Shown: positions 11,100 through 22,160 of the stretch, piece after piece
Position numbering within the stretch: position 1 is the first letter of the stretch
How the letters are laid out: every line of letters begins with the position of its first letter
Origin: Candidatus Merdivivens pullicola
GTDB lineage: Bacteria; Bacteroidota; Bacteroidia; Bacteroidales; UBA932
NCBI GenBank assembly: GCA_017694945.1
Contig: JADIMA010000007.1
Coordinates: 1,722 to 65,721 of the forward strand
Reading direction: 5' to 3'
DNA length: 64,000 nt
Notes under the pieces: model-generated
Databases searched by the model: none
Told to the model about the DNA's origin: nothing
What the model saw: only the letters and a program-made list of their open reading frames with translations
Translations under genes and position numbers: made by a program

Positions 11100-12384
11100 A
11101 TATTTATATATCCTTGCTGTCTTGATTGTGCTTTTGCCGATCAGGGCAAATGCACAGAGCGAAGATGCTTTGGGCAGTTTTTCACCATATTCCATTTACG
11201 GCATAGGTGATATTTCCTCAAGCGGTTCGGCATTCAACAAGATGATGGGCGGTGTAGGAATAGCAACCAGAAACAACAGACATATCAATTTCTTGAATCC
11301 TGCAGCCATTTCAGCGAGGGATACCCTTGCTTTCATGGCGGATTTCGGCGTTGAACAGAAAAATTCATATTTCAAGGAAGGAAACTCGAAAACGCTTTTC
11401 AATACTTTCAACATGTACGATTTCGTACTTTCTTTTCCCCTTTACAGAAGTTCTGCGCTTGCTGTCGGAATAACGCCTTTCAGTGATTTGGGATATGATT
11501 TTTCAACAAGGGAGACAAATGACGATATCCTGGCTAACGTAGGGGATGCCCAGTACGGATATTATGGTGAAGGAAGTATCTATTCGTTATTTCTTTCGGG
11601 TGCGGTGACTTTCTGGGACAGGCTGTCATTAGGTGCCGAGTTCATTTATTATTTCGGTAATCTGGAACGGCATTCCACGGTGGATTATGAAAATTCTTCC
11701 TACCGTTCATGGGATATAGGTACCCAGCATCATGTATATGGCTTTACAGGAAAGTTCGGTTTGCAGTATGAGCAGAAGTTTTCTGGAGACCGTTCTCTCA
11801 TTGTAGGTGCTACTTACAGGATGGGAACAAATCTGAAAGGAAACAAGATTCGTTTTGCCTATGCTTCCACTTCTGCGACCATAGATACTGTCCGCTACGA
11901 TGCCTCTACGCCTTCTTTCAGGATTGCGGATGAAATCGGAGTAGGGGTTTCCTTTAAAAAAGCCGACAAATGGACGGTCGAGTTCAATTACCTCAGGTCC
12001 GACTGGAGGAATACGGGAATAGACGGAATTACTGAATTCAATAAAGACATTTTCAAAAGTTCCGTTCTCAATTCTTTCCGTGCAGGGTTTGAATATGTAC
12101 CTAACAGATATGATGTCAGGTATTATATGAGAAGAGTGGCCTACAGGGGAGGAGTGTATTATAACCAGTCGTACTATACGATGAACGGTCACAACGTGGG
12201 AGAGATAGGCATAACCATAGGCGTCACCCTGCCGGTATTCAGGTTTTACAACGGAATAAACATAGGCATAGATTTCGGCCAGAGAGGAGGTTTCGGAGGA
12301 GTTACGATGAGGGAGAGGTATTTCAGGTTCGTGGTTGGCTTCAGCCTTCACGACGTATGGTTCCAACGTCCTCGCTATGAATAG
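11077..12384 (+). CDS. Secreted outer-membrane beta-barrel-like protein, function unknown
   Basis: 435 aa. Signal peptide (LYILAVLIVLLPIRANAQ). The sequence is Gly/Tyr/Phe-rich with alternating beta-strand periodicity. It sits between coaX and lptC, as in other Bacteroidota (from memory). Confidence 0.4.
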   Translation: MILKESHKYLYILAVLIVLLPIRANAQSEDALGSFSPYSIYGIGDISSSGSAFNKMMGGVGIATRNNRHINFLNPAAISARDTLAFMADFGVEQKNSYFKEGNSKTLFNTFNMYDFVLSFPLYRSSALAVGITPFSDLGYDFSTRETNDDILANVGDAQYGYYGEGSIYSLFLSGAVTFWDRLSLGAEFIYYFGNLERHSTVDYENSSYRSWDIGTQHHVYGFTGKFGLQYEQKFSGDRSLIVGATYRMGTNLKGNKIRFAYASTSATIDTVRYDASTPSFRIADEIGVGVSFKKADKWTVEFNYLRSDWRNTGIDGITEFNKDIFKSSVLNSFRAGFEYVPNRYDVRYYMRRVAYRGGVYYNQSYYTMNGHNVGEIGITIGVTLPVFRFYNGINIGIDFGQRGGFGGVTMRERYFRFVVGFSLHDVWFQRPRYE

Positions 12385-12422
12385 GAAGATTGAATATAAA
12401 CAGAATAAAAAAACAAACTAAA

Positions 12423-13751
12423 ATGATTAAAAAATTTCTTTTGGCGGCAGTATGTGCCGTTGTTGTAAGTTTCACTGCTGACGCTCAGGGCAAATACGGT
12501 CCTGACAGTGCAGAGTGTGTCAAGTATCTTTCATATTACAGAGAGTACTTGAAGATGAATTCAATGGACGAAGCGACTCCAAGATGGAGAAAGGCTTACG
12601 AACTCTGTCCACCTTCAGCAAGCCAAAACATGCTGCTGGACGGCCAGAAAATCATAAGGAATCTTATCATCAAGAATTCCAGCAATGCGATTTATCGCGA
12701 TGCGCTCATCGATACCCTTATGACCCTTCACGATGTCCGCATAAGCAATTATCCAAAGTATGCCGTGACGGCTACAAACAACAAGTCAGTTGACATGATA
12801 AACTTCATTAAGGATGACAACAAGTTGTACAACGGTCTCCTTGCCAATATCGATGTCACGAAGGAAAACACGAACAGTGTCGTATTCATCAGATTGATGA
12901 ATTCCGCATGCAATCTTTATTCTCAGGGTCTCCTGATGGGTGACGATGTAATGGAAGTGTTCGGGAAGATAACAGGTTATATTAACGGAATGATGGAAAA
13001 TCTCAGAAGTCAGAACAAGTCAACCGAGGCTCTGGAAGGCGTACTCAAGGATGTAGAGAACCTCTTCATCACTTCAAATGTAGCCAACTGCGACAGGCTT
13101 ATAGAACTTTTCTCTCCTAGGTTTGAACAGACCCCGGACGATATCAGCCTCGTTTCAAACATTATAATGATGATGTCTTCTGCAGAGAACTGTACGGACA
13201 ACGATCTTTTCTTCAGGGCAGCACAGTCTCTCGACAAACTTGAGCCTACACATATTTCGGCCCACTTCCTCTTCCAGATTTATTCATCCAACAATGAAAT
13301 CGACCTGGCTTTGAAGTATCTCCAGGAAGCAATAGACAGACCTGATTCGGATACTCTCCAGGATGCGCTTTACTACTATGAGATGAGCAGCATATGTTCA
13401 AACAACGGTATTGATGCCAAGGCAGTCCATGCAGCCAAGAAGGCAGTCGAACTCGATCCTTCTTTGGCAGGAAAGGCATATCTTGTTATAGCGAACGTAT
13501 GGGCAGGTCTTGATTGCCAGGGCAATGAGATTGACCATAGGGCACCGCTTTGGGTGGCTGTCGATTATCTGATGAAAGCAAAGAGGGCGGACGCATCGCT
13601 TACTGATACTGTAAACCCTCTTATAGCCCAGTATTCAAAATATTTCCCTGACCAGGCCGAGGCATTCATGTTCAATGTTCTTGACGGAGATTCATATACC
13701 GTATCGTGCGGCGGACTTACAGAGACTACGACCGTACGTACTCAAAAGTAA
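12423..13751 (+). CDS. Secreted TPR-like repeat protein
   Basis: The ORF opens with TTG at 12390. The first ATG (MIKKFLLAAVCAVVVSFTADAQ) gives a clean signal peptide. The rest is helical-repeat-like sequence. Confidence 0.4.
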   Translation: MIKKFLLAAVCAVVVSFTADAQGKYGPDSAECVKYLSYYREYLKMNSMDEATPRWRKAYELCPPSASQNMLLDGQKIIRNLIIKNSSNAIYRDALIDTLMTLHDVRISNYPKYAVTATNNKSVDMINFIKDDNKLYNGLLANIDVTKENTNSVVFIRLMNSACNLYSQGLLMGDDVMEVFGKITGYINGMMENLRSQNKSTEALEGVLKDVENLFITSNVANCDRLIELFSPRFEQTPDDISLVSNIIMMMSSAENCTDNDLFFRAAQSLDKLEPTHISAHFLFQIYSSNNEIDLALKYLQEAIDRPDSDTLQDALYYYEMSSICSNNGIDAKAVHAAKKAVELDPSLAGKAYLVIANVWAGLDCQGNEIDHRAPLWVAVDYLMKAKRADASLTDTVNPLIAQYSKYFPDQAEAFMFNVLDGDSYTVSCGGLTETTTVRTQK

Positions 13752-13757
13752 TTAATA

Positions 13758-14384
13758 TTGAAACCTGCACTGACAAATAGGTTGTTCTTTACGGTAGCAG
13801 TCGTGTTAACGGCTGCTACTGTTCTGTATTCATGCAAAAGCGATTTGGGCGAGGCAAGGAAAATCAATCTTGACGAGACTCCAATGCAGGTCGTCGAGGG
13901 GATATTCCATATTCAGTCGGAGAACGGGATGATGCAGTTGAGAGTAGAGTCTCCGAGAATGGAAAGATACGCAAATGATTCGGTTTCATACGAGTTATTC
14001 CCCGACGGGTTCAACGTTTTTGTTTACAACGAAGAAGGGCTTCTGGAGACGGAAATAACATCTTTACAGGCGAGACATACCGATTCCGATGCCGATGGCG
14101 AGACATGGGAGGCATTCGGTGATGTAGTGGTGTCGAACATCATAAAGGGTGAGAGGCTTGAAACGGATACTTTGTATTGGGACAGGGACAATGAACGGAT
14201 TTACACCGATTGTTATGTAAAGATGTTCTCTCCTGACGGGTTCATGCAGGGTTACGGTATAGAATCCGATCAGAGGGCAAGACATTCGAAAATCCTGCGT
14301 CCGTTCGACAATTTTTTCATCATAAGTAACGATTCTACTAAAACTTATGTAGATTCTGTCAACTTCATAGGTCCATTGTTGTAA
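13758..14384 (+). CDS. lptC: LPS export periplasmic protein LptC
   Basis: 208 aa. N-terminal membrane anchor followed by a beta-jellyroll-like sequence (ETDTLYWDRDNERIYTD...GYGIESDQR). The only in-frame start is TTG at 13758. Confidence 0.55.
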   Translation: MKPALTNRLFFTVAVVLTAATVLYSCKSDLGEARKINLDETPMQVVEGIFHIQSENGMMQLRVESPRMERYANDSVSYELFPDGFNVFVYNEEGLLETEITSLQARHTDSDADGETWEAFGDVVVSNIIKGERLETDTLYWDRDNERIYTDCYVKMFSPDGFMQGYGIESDQRARHSKILRPFDNFFIISNDSTKTYVDSVNFIGPLL

Positions 14385-14406
14385 AAAATTACTATCTTCG
14401 CAGTCT

Positions 14407-14414
14407 TAAATTTG
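14407..14414 (+). promoter_or_regulatory. -7 promoter box TAAATTTG for the ppiD-like gene
   Basis: Exact TAnnTTTG, 35 nt upstream of the ATG at 14450. Confidence 0.4.
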
Positions 14415-14449
14415 GCCTGAAAAATTAAAAACTAAAAATATTTGTAAAC

Positions 14450-16543
14450 ATGGCGGTTATTGAAAAAATTCGCGTAAAGTTAGGTGTCTTGATCACCGTT
14501 CTTATTGCCATCGCCCTGTTGTCTTTCATACTCGACCCGACAACACTGCAGACGGCATTTTCATTTATGTCTTCCAAAAACAAGGTAGGAGAGATTGGAG
14601 GCAAGGGAATAGACTATACCGAGTTCCAGAAAAGGGTGGACTATTACACTGCTATAACCCAAATGGCTAACGGTTCTTCCGCGACTACCGAAGAGCAGAA
14701 CATCGCTATCCAGAACATGGCATGGCAGTCTTATCTCGACCAGATGCTTTTCATCAAGAATGCCAGGAATGCCGGTGTGAATGTCGGTGAAGACGAGATT
14801 CTCGACCTTGTAATCGGAGACATGGTTTCACCATTGATTTCCGGTAATCCTATTTTCATGGATGAAAACGGAGTGTTTTCTCCGGAAAGAGTCAGGGATT
14901 TCATCAGCCAGATGAACCAAGATCCGTCGGGTAATCTCAGGATCTATTGGGATTTCCTTCAGGACAGGATACAGGATCAGCAGTATTACACCAAATATTA
15001 TTCACTTTTCACTGCATCCGATTTCATGAATCCTCTGATGCTTGCCGAAGCCATTGAAGAAAACAATGTGACGTCAAATGTCGATTTCGTAATGGTACCT
15101 TTCGGTATAGCGGATTCGTCCATAACTGTAAGTGAATCGGAAATAAGCAATTATTATTCTTCGCACAAGAAAAATTACAGGCAGAACGCGAGCCGAGACA
15201 TACAGTATGTGGTATTCGAAGTAGTTCCTTCTGAAAGCGACATCAACTATGCAAGCGATGCAATTGAAGCGGTTTACCCTGAATTCGGGACTACTGAAAA
15301 CATGAAGAATTTCCTTATGAGAAATTCCGATGAGCCGTTCAATCCGTATTATTTCGAAGAGGGCGAACTCGCATCCGTTTCCCCGGTTTTTGATGAATAC
15401 GCTTTCGGAGAAGGCAATGCAGAAGTTTCAGAGATAATTGACGTGAACAACAGGTTCATGGCTGCCCGTGTCGTTGATGTTAGAAACATGTCAGATTCGG
15501 CTTACGTGCAGCATGTGCTTCTTCAGGGAGCGGACGAGGCTCTTGCAGACAGTCTCCTTTCAGTGATTTCTTCAGGAAAGAACACGCTTGCAAATGTGGC
15601 AATGGCTTATTCCGCCGACCAGAGCATGGGCGAGGTTGAAAAGGGAGATATCGGCTGGATGACCCAGTACCGTATGATTCCTGGAATGGAAAGCGTTCTT
15701 TACGCTCAGATAAACAAGCCGTTCATCCTTAAGACAGATTACGGCACCCATATAGTGAACGTTAAGGAAAGAACCAAGTCAAAACTCAAGAAACAGGTTG
15801 CAATCCTCGTAAAAGAGGCTGTGGCAAGCAAAGAGACCTTCAATGATTTTTACGCAAAGGCAAACGCTATTGCAGCCAAGAGCGAAGGCAAATATGAACT
15901 TTATACTCAGGCTTGTCAGGAAGCAGGTCTTTTCCCTCTGACAGCAAACAGGGTTGAGGAATCTTCAAGACAGTTGGGTACATACAACAATACCAAGGAA
16001 GTTACAAGGTGGGCTTTTGACGCCAAGGTAGGGGAGGTTTCCCCTATAATCACCGTTGATAACGAGTACTTCTTCGTTGCCGCCCTTACAGGAATACACA
16101 AGGAAGGATATGCTCCGCTCGACGACGTGCGTTCAAGCATAGAGATGATTCTCAAGAACCAGAAACTTGCAGACAAGAAAGTTGCAGAAGTTGCAGAGAA
16201 GATTTCAGGAGCGACTTCAATGGATCAGATTGCAAGGATACTTGAAACGAGCGTAAGTTCACGCGATGGTATTGCATTTTCTTCTGTAACAAGGCAGCAG
16301 GGATTTGATCCGGCTTTCATAGGTGCAGTGTCAGGCGCTCCTGAAGGACAGATTACCGGCCCTGTAAAAGGCAATCTCGGTGTGTATGTTTTCGTTGTCA
16401 AGAGCCGTGATACCGGTGCTTTCTATACCGAAGACGATGCCAGGTCGAGGGAAGAAATGATGACTCAATACACTTTGAACACTGTTTTGCCGGTGATGAT
16501 GGAAGAAGCGGATGTCAAAGACAACAGGGCAAGGTTCTATTAA
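14450..16543 (+). CDS. PpiD/SurA-like periplasmic chaperone (peptidyl-prolyl isomerase family)
   Basis: 697 aa. N-terminal membrane anchor, a SurA-N-like region, and a parvulin-like segment (GDIGWMTQYRMIPGMESVLY...YGTHIVNV). Confidence 0.6.
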   Translation: MAVIEKIRVKLGVLITVLIAIALLSFILDPTTLQTAFSFMSSKNKVGEIGGKGIDYTEFQKRVDYYTAITQMANGSSATTEEQNIAIQNMAWQSYLDQMLFIKNARNAGVNVGEDEILDLVIGDMVSPLISGNPIFMDENGVFSPERVRDFISQMNQDPSGNLRIYWDFLQDRIQDQQYYTKYYSLFTASDFMNPLMLAEAIEENNVTSNVDFVMVPFGIADSSITVSESEISNYYSSHKKNYRQNASRDIQYVVFEVVPSESDINYASDAIEAVYPEFGTTENMKNFLMRNSDEPFNPYYFEEGELASVSPVFDEYAFGEGNAEVSEIIDVNNRFMAARVVDVRNMSDSAYVQHVLLQGADEALADSLLSVISSGKNTLANVAMAYSADQSMGEVEKGDIGWMTQYRMIPGMESVLYAQINKPFILKTDYGTHIVNVKERTKSKLKKQVAILVKEAVASKETFNDFYAKANAIAAKSEGKYELYTQACQEAGLFPLTANRVEESSRQLGTYNNTKEVTRWAFDAKVGEVSPIITVDNEYFFVAALTGIHKEGYAPLDDVRSSIEMILKNQKLADKKVAEVAEKISGATSMDQIARILETSVSSRDGIAFSSVTRQQGFDPAFIGAVSGAPEGQITGPVKGNLGVYVFVVKSRDTGAFYTEDDARSREEMMTQYTLNTVLPVMMEEADVKDNRARFY

Positions 16544-16570
16544 TAGGTGAGTTGCCAGTTTTAAGGTAAA

Positions 16571-16608
16571 ATAAAGTGCGGTCGTAGATTGCGGCCGCAC
16601 TTTTCTTT
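16571..16608. terminator. Bidirectional rho-independent terminator (ppiD-like / hflX)
   Basis: GTGCGGTCG-loop-CGGCCGCAC (9 bp, including one G-U pair), flanked by an A-rich left side and TTTTCTTTT on the right. Confidence 0.65.
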
Positions 16609-16636
16609 TAAATGATTACAGATGCAATGTTGCCTG

Positions 16637-17800
16637 TTACCACAGGAAATTGTTGAATGGATATCTGCCGGCATGAATTTCTGCGACCATTTTGTAGAGG
16701 TCGTTTCTGAGTTTGTCAATACCGATTTTCTCTTTGGCGGATATGAAGATGCAAGGTGTGTGGTCTTTGCTTATCCACATGTTTTTCAGTTCCTCCAGAG
16801 TATAGTTTTCCTGCTTCTTGGGTTCAAGGGAAAATTCATCGTATTCTTCGTACCGGTACTGATCGATCTTGTTGAATACTACGTAGATAGGTTTGTCTAT
16901 GGCCTTTATGTCCCTTAAAGTTTCTTCGACAACCTTTATCTGTTCTTCAAAATTCGGGTGTGATATGTCCACCACATGCATCAGTATGTCTGCTTCTCTC
17001 ACTTCGTCAAGAGTGCTTTTGAACGATTCTACAAGCTGTGTAGGCAGTTTTCTTATGAATCCGACGGTGTCGCTCAGCAGAAACGGAACATTTTCAATAA
17101 CAACTTTCCTTACGGTAGTGTCAAGTGTTGCAAACAGTTTGTTTTCAGCAAAAACCTCGCTTTTTGCAAGCAGATTCATAATAGTGCTTTTCCCTACATT
17201 TGTGTAGCCGACAAGAGATATCCTGACGAGAGAACCTCTGTTGCCTCTTTGCGAGGCCATCTGCCTGTCGATTTTTTTCAGTTGTTCCTTCAGTCTGGAT
17301 ATTTTTTCCAATATGATTCTTCGGTCTGTCTCTATCTGGGATTCGCCCGGCCCTCTCATTCCGATTCCTCCACGTTGTCTTTCAAGGTGCGTCCACATAC
17401 GTGTAAGGCGTGGTAGAAGGTACTGGTACTGTGCAAGTTCAACTTGTGTCTTGGCGTATGCGGTTTTTGCCCTCTGGGCGAAGATGTCAAGAATCAGGTT
17501 AGTCCTGTCGAGGATTCTGCAATTCAGTTCCTTCTCAAGGTTTCTCAGTTGGGTAGGGGTGAGTTCGTCGTCGAATATCACCAGGTCTATGCCGTTTTCG
17601 TCGATATATTCTTTTATTTCGGCGATTTTTCCGCTGCCTATGTAAGTACTGCTTTTTGGTCTTTCGAGTTTCTGTATGAACCTTTTTTCGCCCTTTGCCC
17701 CGGCTGTTTCGGCAAGAAATTCCAATTCGTCAAGATACTCTTTTATCTTTCCGGGCTCGTCGCCCTGCTTCATTACTGTTACGAATACTGTTTTTTCCAT
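16637..17800 (-). CDS. hflX: GTPase HflX
   Basis: 387 aa. HflX N-terminal domain, G1 motif GYTNVGKST and G3 motif DTVGF. Confidence 0.85.
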   Translation of the reverse strand: MEKTVFVTVMKQGDEPGKIKEYLDELEFLAETAGAKGEKRFIQKLERPKSSTYIGSGKIAEIKEYIDENGIDLVIFDDELTPTQLRNLEKELNCRILDRTNLILDIFAQRAKTAYAKTQVELAQYQYLLPRLTRMWTHLERQRGGIGMRGPGESQIETDRRIILEKISRLKEQLKKIDRQMASQRGNRGSLVRISLVGYTNVGKSTIMNLLAKSEVFAENKLFATLDTTVRKVVIENVPFLLSDTVGFIRKLPTQLVESFKSTLDEVREADILMHVVDISHPNFEEQIKVVEETLRDIKAIDKPIYVVFNKIDQYRYEEYDEFSLEPKKQENYTLEELKNMWISKDHTPCIFISAKEKIGIDKLRNDLYKMVAEIHAGRYPFNNFLW

Positions 17801-17871
17801 CTGTGTTTAAAATAAAAAGGGCCGCGTTTCAATATGCGACCCTTTTCTTATATTCCTGTGTGATTAATGAA

Positions 17872-18561
17872 TTATCTCAACATGAACTGAACAGGGAACT
17901 GGTAGCGGACTTTTACCGGTATGTCCCTTTGTTTTCCAGGACTCCATTTAGGTGAACTTGAGACTACCCTGACAGCCTCATCGTCAATAGTCTTGTCAAC
18001 TCCCCTAAGTACTACGATATTGACCAGGTTTCCGTTCTTGTCAATGTCAAACTGGAGGATGACGGTTCCTTGAATACCGTTTTCAAGTGCTATGTCAGGA
18101 TAAACGAGACGGTTTTGAACCCATTTTGAGAAATCGTTCTTGTCACCTCCCTGGAAAGATGGCTCTTCCTCTACTATTGAGTAAGGAATGGCTTCCTCTA
18201 CGATTTCCTCTTCAACTACTTCAGCGACATAGTCCATGACTTCAACACCCATGTCGGCTATGTCTTCAGTATTGATGACGATATCTTCAACCTGTATGTC
18301 GTCGCTCACGATATCGAGTTCGTCTGATAACTGAGGAATCTTAGGCATGTCCGGCTTTGGCGGAGGAGTTTCCTGTGTAATAGGGATGATTTCTTCCTCG
18401 ACCGGAATGTAAACTTCTTCTTCCAGCGTGCTGACAGCCTTTTCAGTGGTCTTGTGTTCAAAAGCAATCAGCGTGACAGCGAGAGCAACGATAAGGCCTA
18501 TTTCAGTGAAAAGTGCCTTTTTTGTCTCCAAGTTGGCTTTTGGTGATTTCTTTAGTTCCAT
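17872..18561 (-). CDS. tonB: Energy transducer TonB family protein
   Basis: 229 aa. N-terminal TM helix, an acidic/Pro-containing spacer, and a C-terminal TonB domain (YPDIALENGIQGTVILQFDIDKNGNL...). Confidence 0.7.
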   Translation of the reverse strand: MELKKSPKANLETKKALFTEIGLIVALAVTLIAFEHKTTEKAVSTLEEEVYIPVEEEIIPITQETPPPKPDMPKIPQLSDELDIVSDDIQVEDIVINTEDIADMGVEVMDYVAEVVEEEIVEEAIPYSIVEEEPSFQGGDKNDFSKWVQNRLVYPDIALENGIQGTVILQFDIDKNGNLVNIVVLRGVDKTIDDEAVRVVSSSPKWSPGKQRDIPVKVRYQFPVQFMLR

Positions 18562-18643
18562 ATCTTTAATACCTTATTTTCAATTTTGGCCGTAAAGATA
18601 TTAAATATTTATCTTTTTCACACAAAAAAACTTGAATTTATTG

Positions 18644-18651
18644 TAGTTTTG
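18644..18651 (+). promoter_or_regulatory. -7 promoter box TAGTTTTG for ybeY
   Basis: Exact TAnnTTTG. It overlaps the GTG at 18651 used by the ORF track, so the ATG at 18675 is the preferred start. Confidence 0.45.
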
Positions 18652-18674
18652 TGCAGATTTTTAATGAAAACAGC

Positions 18675-19094
18675 ATGATTTCGTATTTTACAGAGGATAC
18701 CGACTTCAAATTTACCGGTAAAAGACTGAATAACCGCTGGCTTAATCTTGTTGCTGAAAACGAGATAAGGCGTATGGGTGATTTGTCGGTCATATTTTGT
18801 TCCGATGCTTATATTCTGGAAATCAACAGGAAATATCTGGGCCACGATTATTATACAGATATAATAACTTTCGATTATTCGGAGGGAGATACGATTTCAG
18901 GCGATCTTTTCATCAGTATCGACACGGTAAGGGCCAATTCGGCGGAGTATGCGACCGATTTTGAAAACGAACTTAACAGAGTAATGGTACACGGTGTCCT
19001 GCATCTTATCGGTTATGATGACCATACGCCGGAAGATATTTCAGAAATGAGGGGCAAGGAAGATTTTTACCTCTCACTGCGTGAACTTCTGTAA
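18675..19094 (+). CDS. ybeY: rRNA maturation endoribonuclease YbeY
   Basis: Metal-binding motif HGVLHLIGYDDH. Confidence 0.85.
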   Translation: MISYFTEDTDFKFTGKRLNNRWLNLVAENEIRRMGDLSVIFCSDAYILEINRKYLGHDYYTDIITFDYSEGDTISGDLFISIDTVRANSAEYATDFENELNRVMVHGVLHLIGYDDHTPEDISEMRGKEDFYLSLRELL

Positions 19095-19115
19095 TATATT
19101 GATTTACATTATTTT

Positions 19116-21011
19116 ATGTTTGTATTAGGTACTTATGACATAATAGTAATAGGTGCTGGGCATGCCGGTTGCGAAGCGGCGTATGCTGCTGCAAGCATGG
19201 GTTCGAAAGTCCTGTTGATAACGATGGATCTCACCAAGATTGCGTCGATGTCCTGCAATCCTGCAATCGGAGGCATTGCGAAGGGACAGATTGTCCGGGA
19301 AATCGATGCGCTCGGCGGAATAATGGGTGAAGTGACCGACGCCGCTACCTTGCAGTTCAGGATGCTTAACCGCTCCAAGGGGCCTGCAATGTGGAGTCCG
19401 CGTGCGCAGTGCGACAAAACACTGTATTCAGCCCTGATGCGTGAAAAACTTGAAACCCATTGTAACATAGACATTTACCAAGATTCTGCCGTCTCCATAG
19501 TGCTTTCAGACTCACGTATCTCCGGGGTGAGGGTTGCCACTGGTGCTATATTTAATTCTCAGGCAGTTGTGATTACTGCCGGGACTTTCCTCAACGGCAG
19601 ACTTTTCATAGGCGATGTGTCGTTCGACGGTGGCAGGATGGGGGACATGGCATCGTATCATCTTACCGAACAATTGTCATCTTTCGGTATAAGGACTGCC
19701 CGGATGAAAACGGGTACGCCTCCGAGGATAGACATTTCTTCGGTTGACACATCTTTGCTTACAAGACAGATCGGAGACGAGGTTCCGGCACAGTTTTCAT
19801 ATATGCCGGTTCCGTCACGTATCCGCGCCGGAAAGCCCCAATTGGACTGCTATATTCTCCATACCAATTCGGAAGTACATGATATATTGCGTTCGGGTTT
19901 TGTGCGGTCTCCTCTTTTTTCCGGGAAGATAACAGGGATAGGGCCGAGGTATTGCCCGAGTATTGAAGACAAATTAAGGACTTTCGCCGATAAGGATTCT
20001 CACCAGCTCTTCCTTGAACCGGAAGGAGAGTCAACTAATGAATATTATCTTCAAGGGTTCTCTTCATCATTGCCGATAGATGTACAGATACCGGCTTTGC
20101 ATAAGATACCAGGGCTGGAGCATGCAGTGATTTATCGTCCGGCCTATGCCGTAGAATACGATTTTTTCGATCCGACTCAGTTGAACGATACTCTTGAGTC
20201 AAAAGTCCTGCCGAATCTTTACCTTGCCGGACAGGTAAACGGCACTACCGGCTATGAAGAGGCGGCGGCGCAAGGCTTGATTGCAGGTATCAATGCGCAT
20301 CTTAAGATAAACGGCAAAGAACCTTTCGTGCTTAGAAGAGACCAGGCTTACATCGGAGTGCTGATAGATGATTTGATAACGAAAGGGGTTGATGAGCCTT
20401 ACAGGATGTTTACTTCCCGGGCAGAGTACAGGATTCTGCTTCGTCAGGACAATGCGGACATGCGGTTGACAGAGTTGGGATATTCTCTCGGCCTCGTGAC
20501 AGAAGAAAGGCATAACAGGTTTTTGCTCAAAAAAGAGATGATTGAGAAATTAACCGAATTTACCCGAGGTTATTATATCAAGGCTGAAACGCTAAATAAA
20601 TACCTTTTGTCAGTTTCTTCGGCTCCTTCAGTCGGCAGAAAAACAATTGCCGATATATTATTGCGTCCTGAAACCACGTTGAGGGGAGTTCTGTCAAATG
20701 TTCCACGTGGAACATTGTCTTTTCTTGACGGTTTGGATTGTGCCTTGAGGGACGAGGTTGTGGAATATGTGGAGATTAATGAAAAATACAAAGGTTATAT
20801 AGAGCGGGAGAGAAGGATAGCGGAAAAAATATCCAGGCTCGAAGATCTTACTATTCCGGAGGGCTTTGATTATTCCAGAATCACATCATTGTCCATTGAG
20901 TGCCGGCAGAAATTGGACAGGTATCGTCCTAAGACCATAGCGCAGGCTTCAAGGATTTCCGGCGTTTCCCCGGCAGATATATCCGTACTTTTAGTATATT
21001 TCGGCAGATAA
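19116..21011 (+). CDS. mnmG: tRNA uridine-5-carboxymethylaminomethyl modification enzyme MnmG (GidA)
   Basis: 631 aa. FAD motif [12 protein letters not shown] and conserved GidA blocks throughout. Confidence 0.9.
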   Translation: MFVLGTYDIIVIGAGHAGCEAAYAAASMGSKVLLITMDLTKIASMSCNPAIGGIAKGQIVREIDALGGIMGEVTDAATLQFRMLNRSKGPAMWSPRAQCDKTLYSALMREKLETHCNIDIYQDSAVSIVLSDSRISGVRVATGAIFNSQAVVITAGTFLNGRLFIGDVSFDGGRMGDMASYHLTEQLSSFGIRTARMKTGTPPRIDISSVDTSLLTRQIGDEVPAQFSYMPVPSRIRAGKPQLDCYILHTNSEVHDILRSGFVRSPLFSGKITGIGPRYCPSIEDKLRTFADKDSHQLFLEPEGESTNEYYLQGFSSSLPIDVQIPALHKIPGLEHAVIYRPAYAVEYDFFDPTQLNDTLESKVLPNLYLAGQVNGTTGYEEAAAQGLIAGINAHLKINGKEPFVLRRDQAYIGVLIDDLITKGVDEPYRMFTSRAEYRILLRQDNADMRLTELGYSLGLVTEERHNRFLLKKEMIEKLTEFTRGYYIKAETLNKYLLSVSSAPSVGRKTIADILLRPETTLRGVLSNVPRGTLSFLDGLDCALRDEVVEYVEINEKYKGYIERERRIAEKISRLEDLTIPEGFDYSRITSLSIECRQKLDRYRPKTIAQASRISGVSPADISVLLVYFGR

Positions 21012-21055
21012 AAAAAGACCGCGCACTTCAAAAACGACGCGGTCTTCTGATTTTC
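21010..21055. terminator. Bidirectional rho-independent terminator (mnmG / gcvH)
   Basis: AGACCGCG (21016-21023) pairs with CGCGGTCT (21038-21045). An A-run lies on the left and a T-rich tail on the right. Confidence 0.6.
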
Positions 21056-21064
21056 AGATTGGAA

Positions 21065-21439
21065 TTACAGGATAGCCTTGTATGCTTCTGCATCCAACAG
21101 TTCTTCAACTTCAGCAGGGTTGGACATTTCAACTTTTACAATCCAGCCTTTTCCATAAGGATCCTGGTTCACGAGTTGAGGTGCGCCTTCAAGTTCTTTG
21201 TTGAATTCGGTAACGGTACCGGAAACAGGCATGAAGATGTCGGCTACGGTCTTTACTGCTTCGATTGCGCCGAGGCTTTCTTCTTTGTCAAGAGTTTCAC
21301 CTTCGGTCTGAACATCGACGAATACTATTTCGCCAAGTTCTCCCTGAGCGTAATCAGTGATTCCGACGGTAGCGATGTTGCCGTCAACTTTGACCCATTC
21401 ATGGTCTTTAGTGAATTTCAAGTTTTCAGGAACGTTCAT
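21065..21439 (-). CDS. gcvH: Glycine cleavage system H protein
   Basis: 124 aa. Lipoyl-lysine context EAVKTVADI. Confidence 0.85.
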   Translation of the reverse strand: MNVPENLKFTKDHEWVKVDGNIATVGITDYAQGELGEIVFVDVQTEGETLDKEESLGAIEAVKTVADIFMPVSGTVTEFNKELEGAPQLVNQDPYGKGWIVKVEMSNPAEVEELLDAEAYKAIL

Positions 21440-21487
21440 AATTCTTAAATTTATCTGTTATTAATGTGTTGCCCGTATTTAGCGATG

Positions 21488-21495
21488 CAAAGATA
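21488..21495 (-). promoter_or_regulatory. -7 promoter box TATCTTTG for gcvH
   Basis: Exact TAnnTTTG on the minus strand, between the ruvA stop (21511) and the gcvH ATG (21439). Confidence 0.4.
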
Positions 21496-21510
21496 GGCAA
21501 AAATTGCTTC

Positions 21511-22101
21511 TTACAATCGTTTAAGTGCGAATTTAATCAATTCTTCAATTGATGCACCCGGATGTTCTTTATTGATTGCTTCAAGGGCTTTGTTTACGTT
21601 GGCTTTCGTGAATCCCAACATTACAAGTGCCGTTGTGGCCTCTTCCATGATTTCGGCTCCTGGTCTGGTATCAAGAATAGAAGCGTCCGAAGCACCTCCT
21701 TTTACAATCTTGTCTTTGAGTTCAAGTATGAGCCTTTGGGCGGTTTTTAGCCCTATTCCCTTGATACTCTTTATTTTATTAACATCAGATGCGATTATGG
21801 AGTCGCGGATTTCGTCACTTGTCATCGATGAAAGCATCATCCTTGCCGTATTGGCTCCGATGCCGGAAACGCTGATAAGAAGTCTGAACAGTGTCCTTTC
21901 GTCCTTAGTGGCAAAACCATAGTAAAGTTCCTCATCTTCACGTAGATAGTGATGTATATACAGTGTTGCGGCGCCTTTGTTTTCCTGTAGGGCTGAAAAA
22001 CTTTGCAGCGATATGAGTATGCTGTATCCTATGCCGCCGGCTTCGATTACGGCTTCTGTCGGGCCGAGTTCCACGAGTTCGCCTTTTATATAGTCAATCA
22101 T
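21511..22101 (-). CDS. ruvA: Holliday junction branch migration protein RuvA
   Basis: 196 aa. N-terminal OB-like MIDYIKGEL..., HhH motifs (VSGIGANTA, IKGIGLKTA) and a C-terminal domain III. Confidence 0.85.
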   Translation of the reverse strand: MIDYIKGELVELGPTEAVIEAGGIGYSILISLQSFSALQENKGAATLYIHHYLREDEELYYGFATKDERTLFRLLISVSGIGANTARMMLSSMTSDEIRDSIIASDVNKIKSIKGIGLKTAQRLILELKDKIVKGGASDASILDTRPGAEIMEEATTALVMLGFTKANVNKALEAINKEHPGASIEELIKFALKRL

Positions 22102-22147
22102 ACGCGTGTCTCATTGTTTTAACATGCAAAAATATGTTTTTTATTTG

Positions 22148-22155
22148 TATTTTTG
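22148..22155 (+). promoter_or_regulatory. -7 promoter box TATTTTTG for sufS
   Basis: Exact TAnnTTTG, 5 nt (CGGCT) before the ATG at 22161. Confidence 0.5.
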
Positions 22156-22160
22156 CGGCT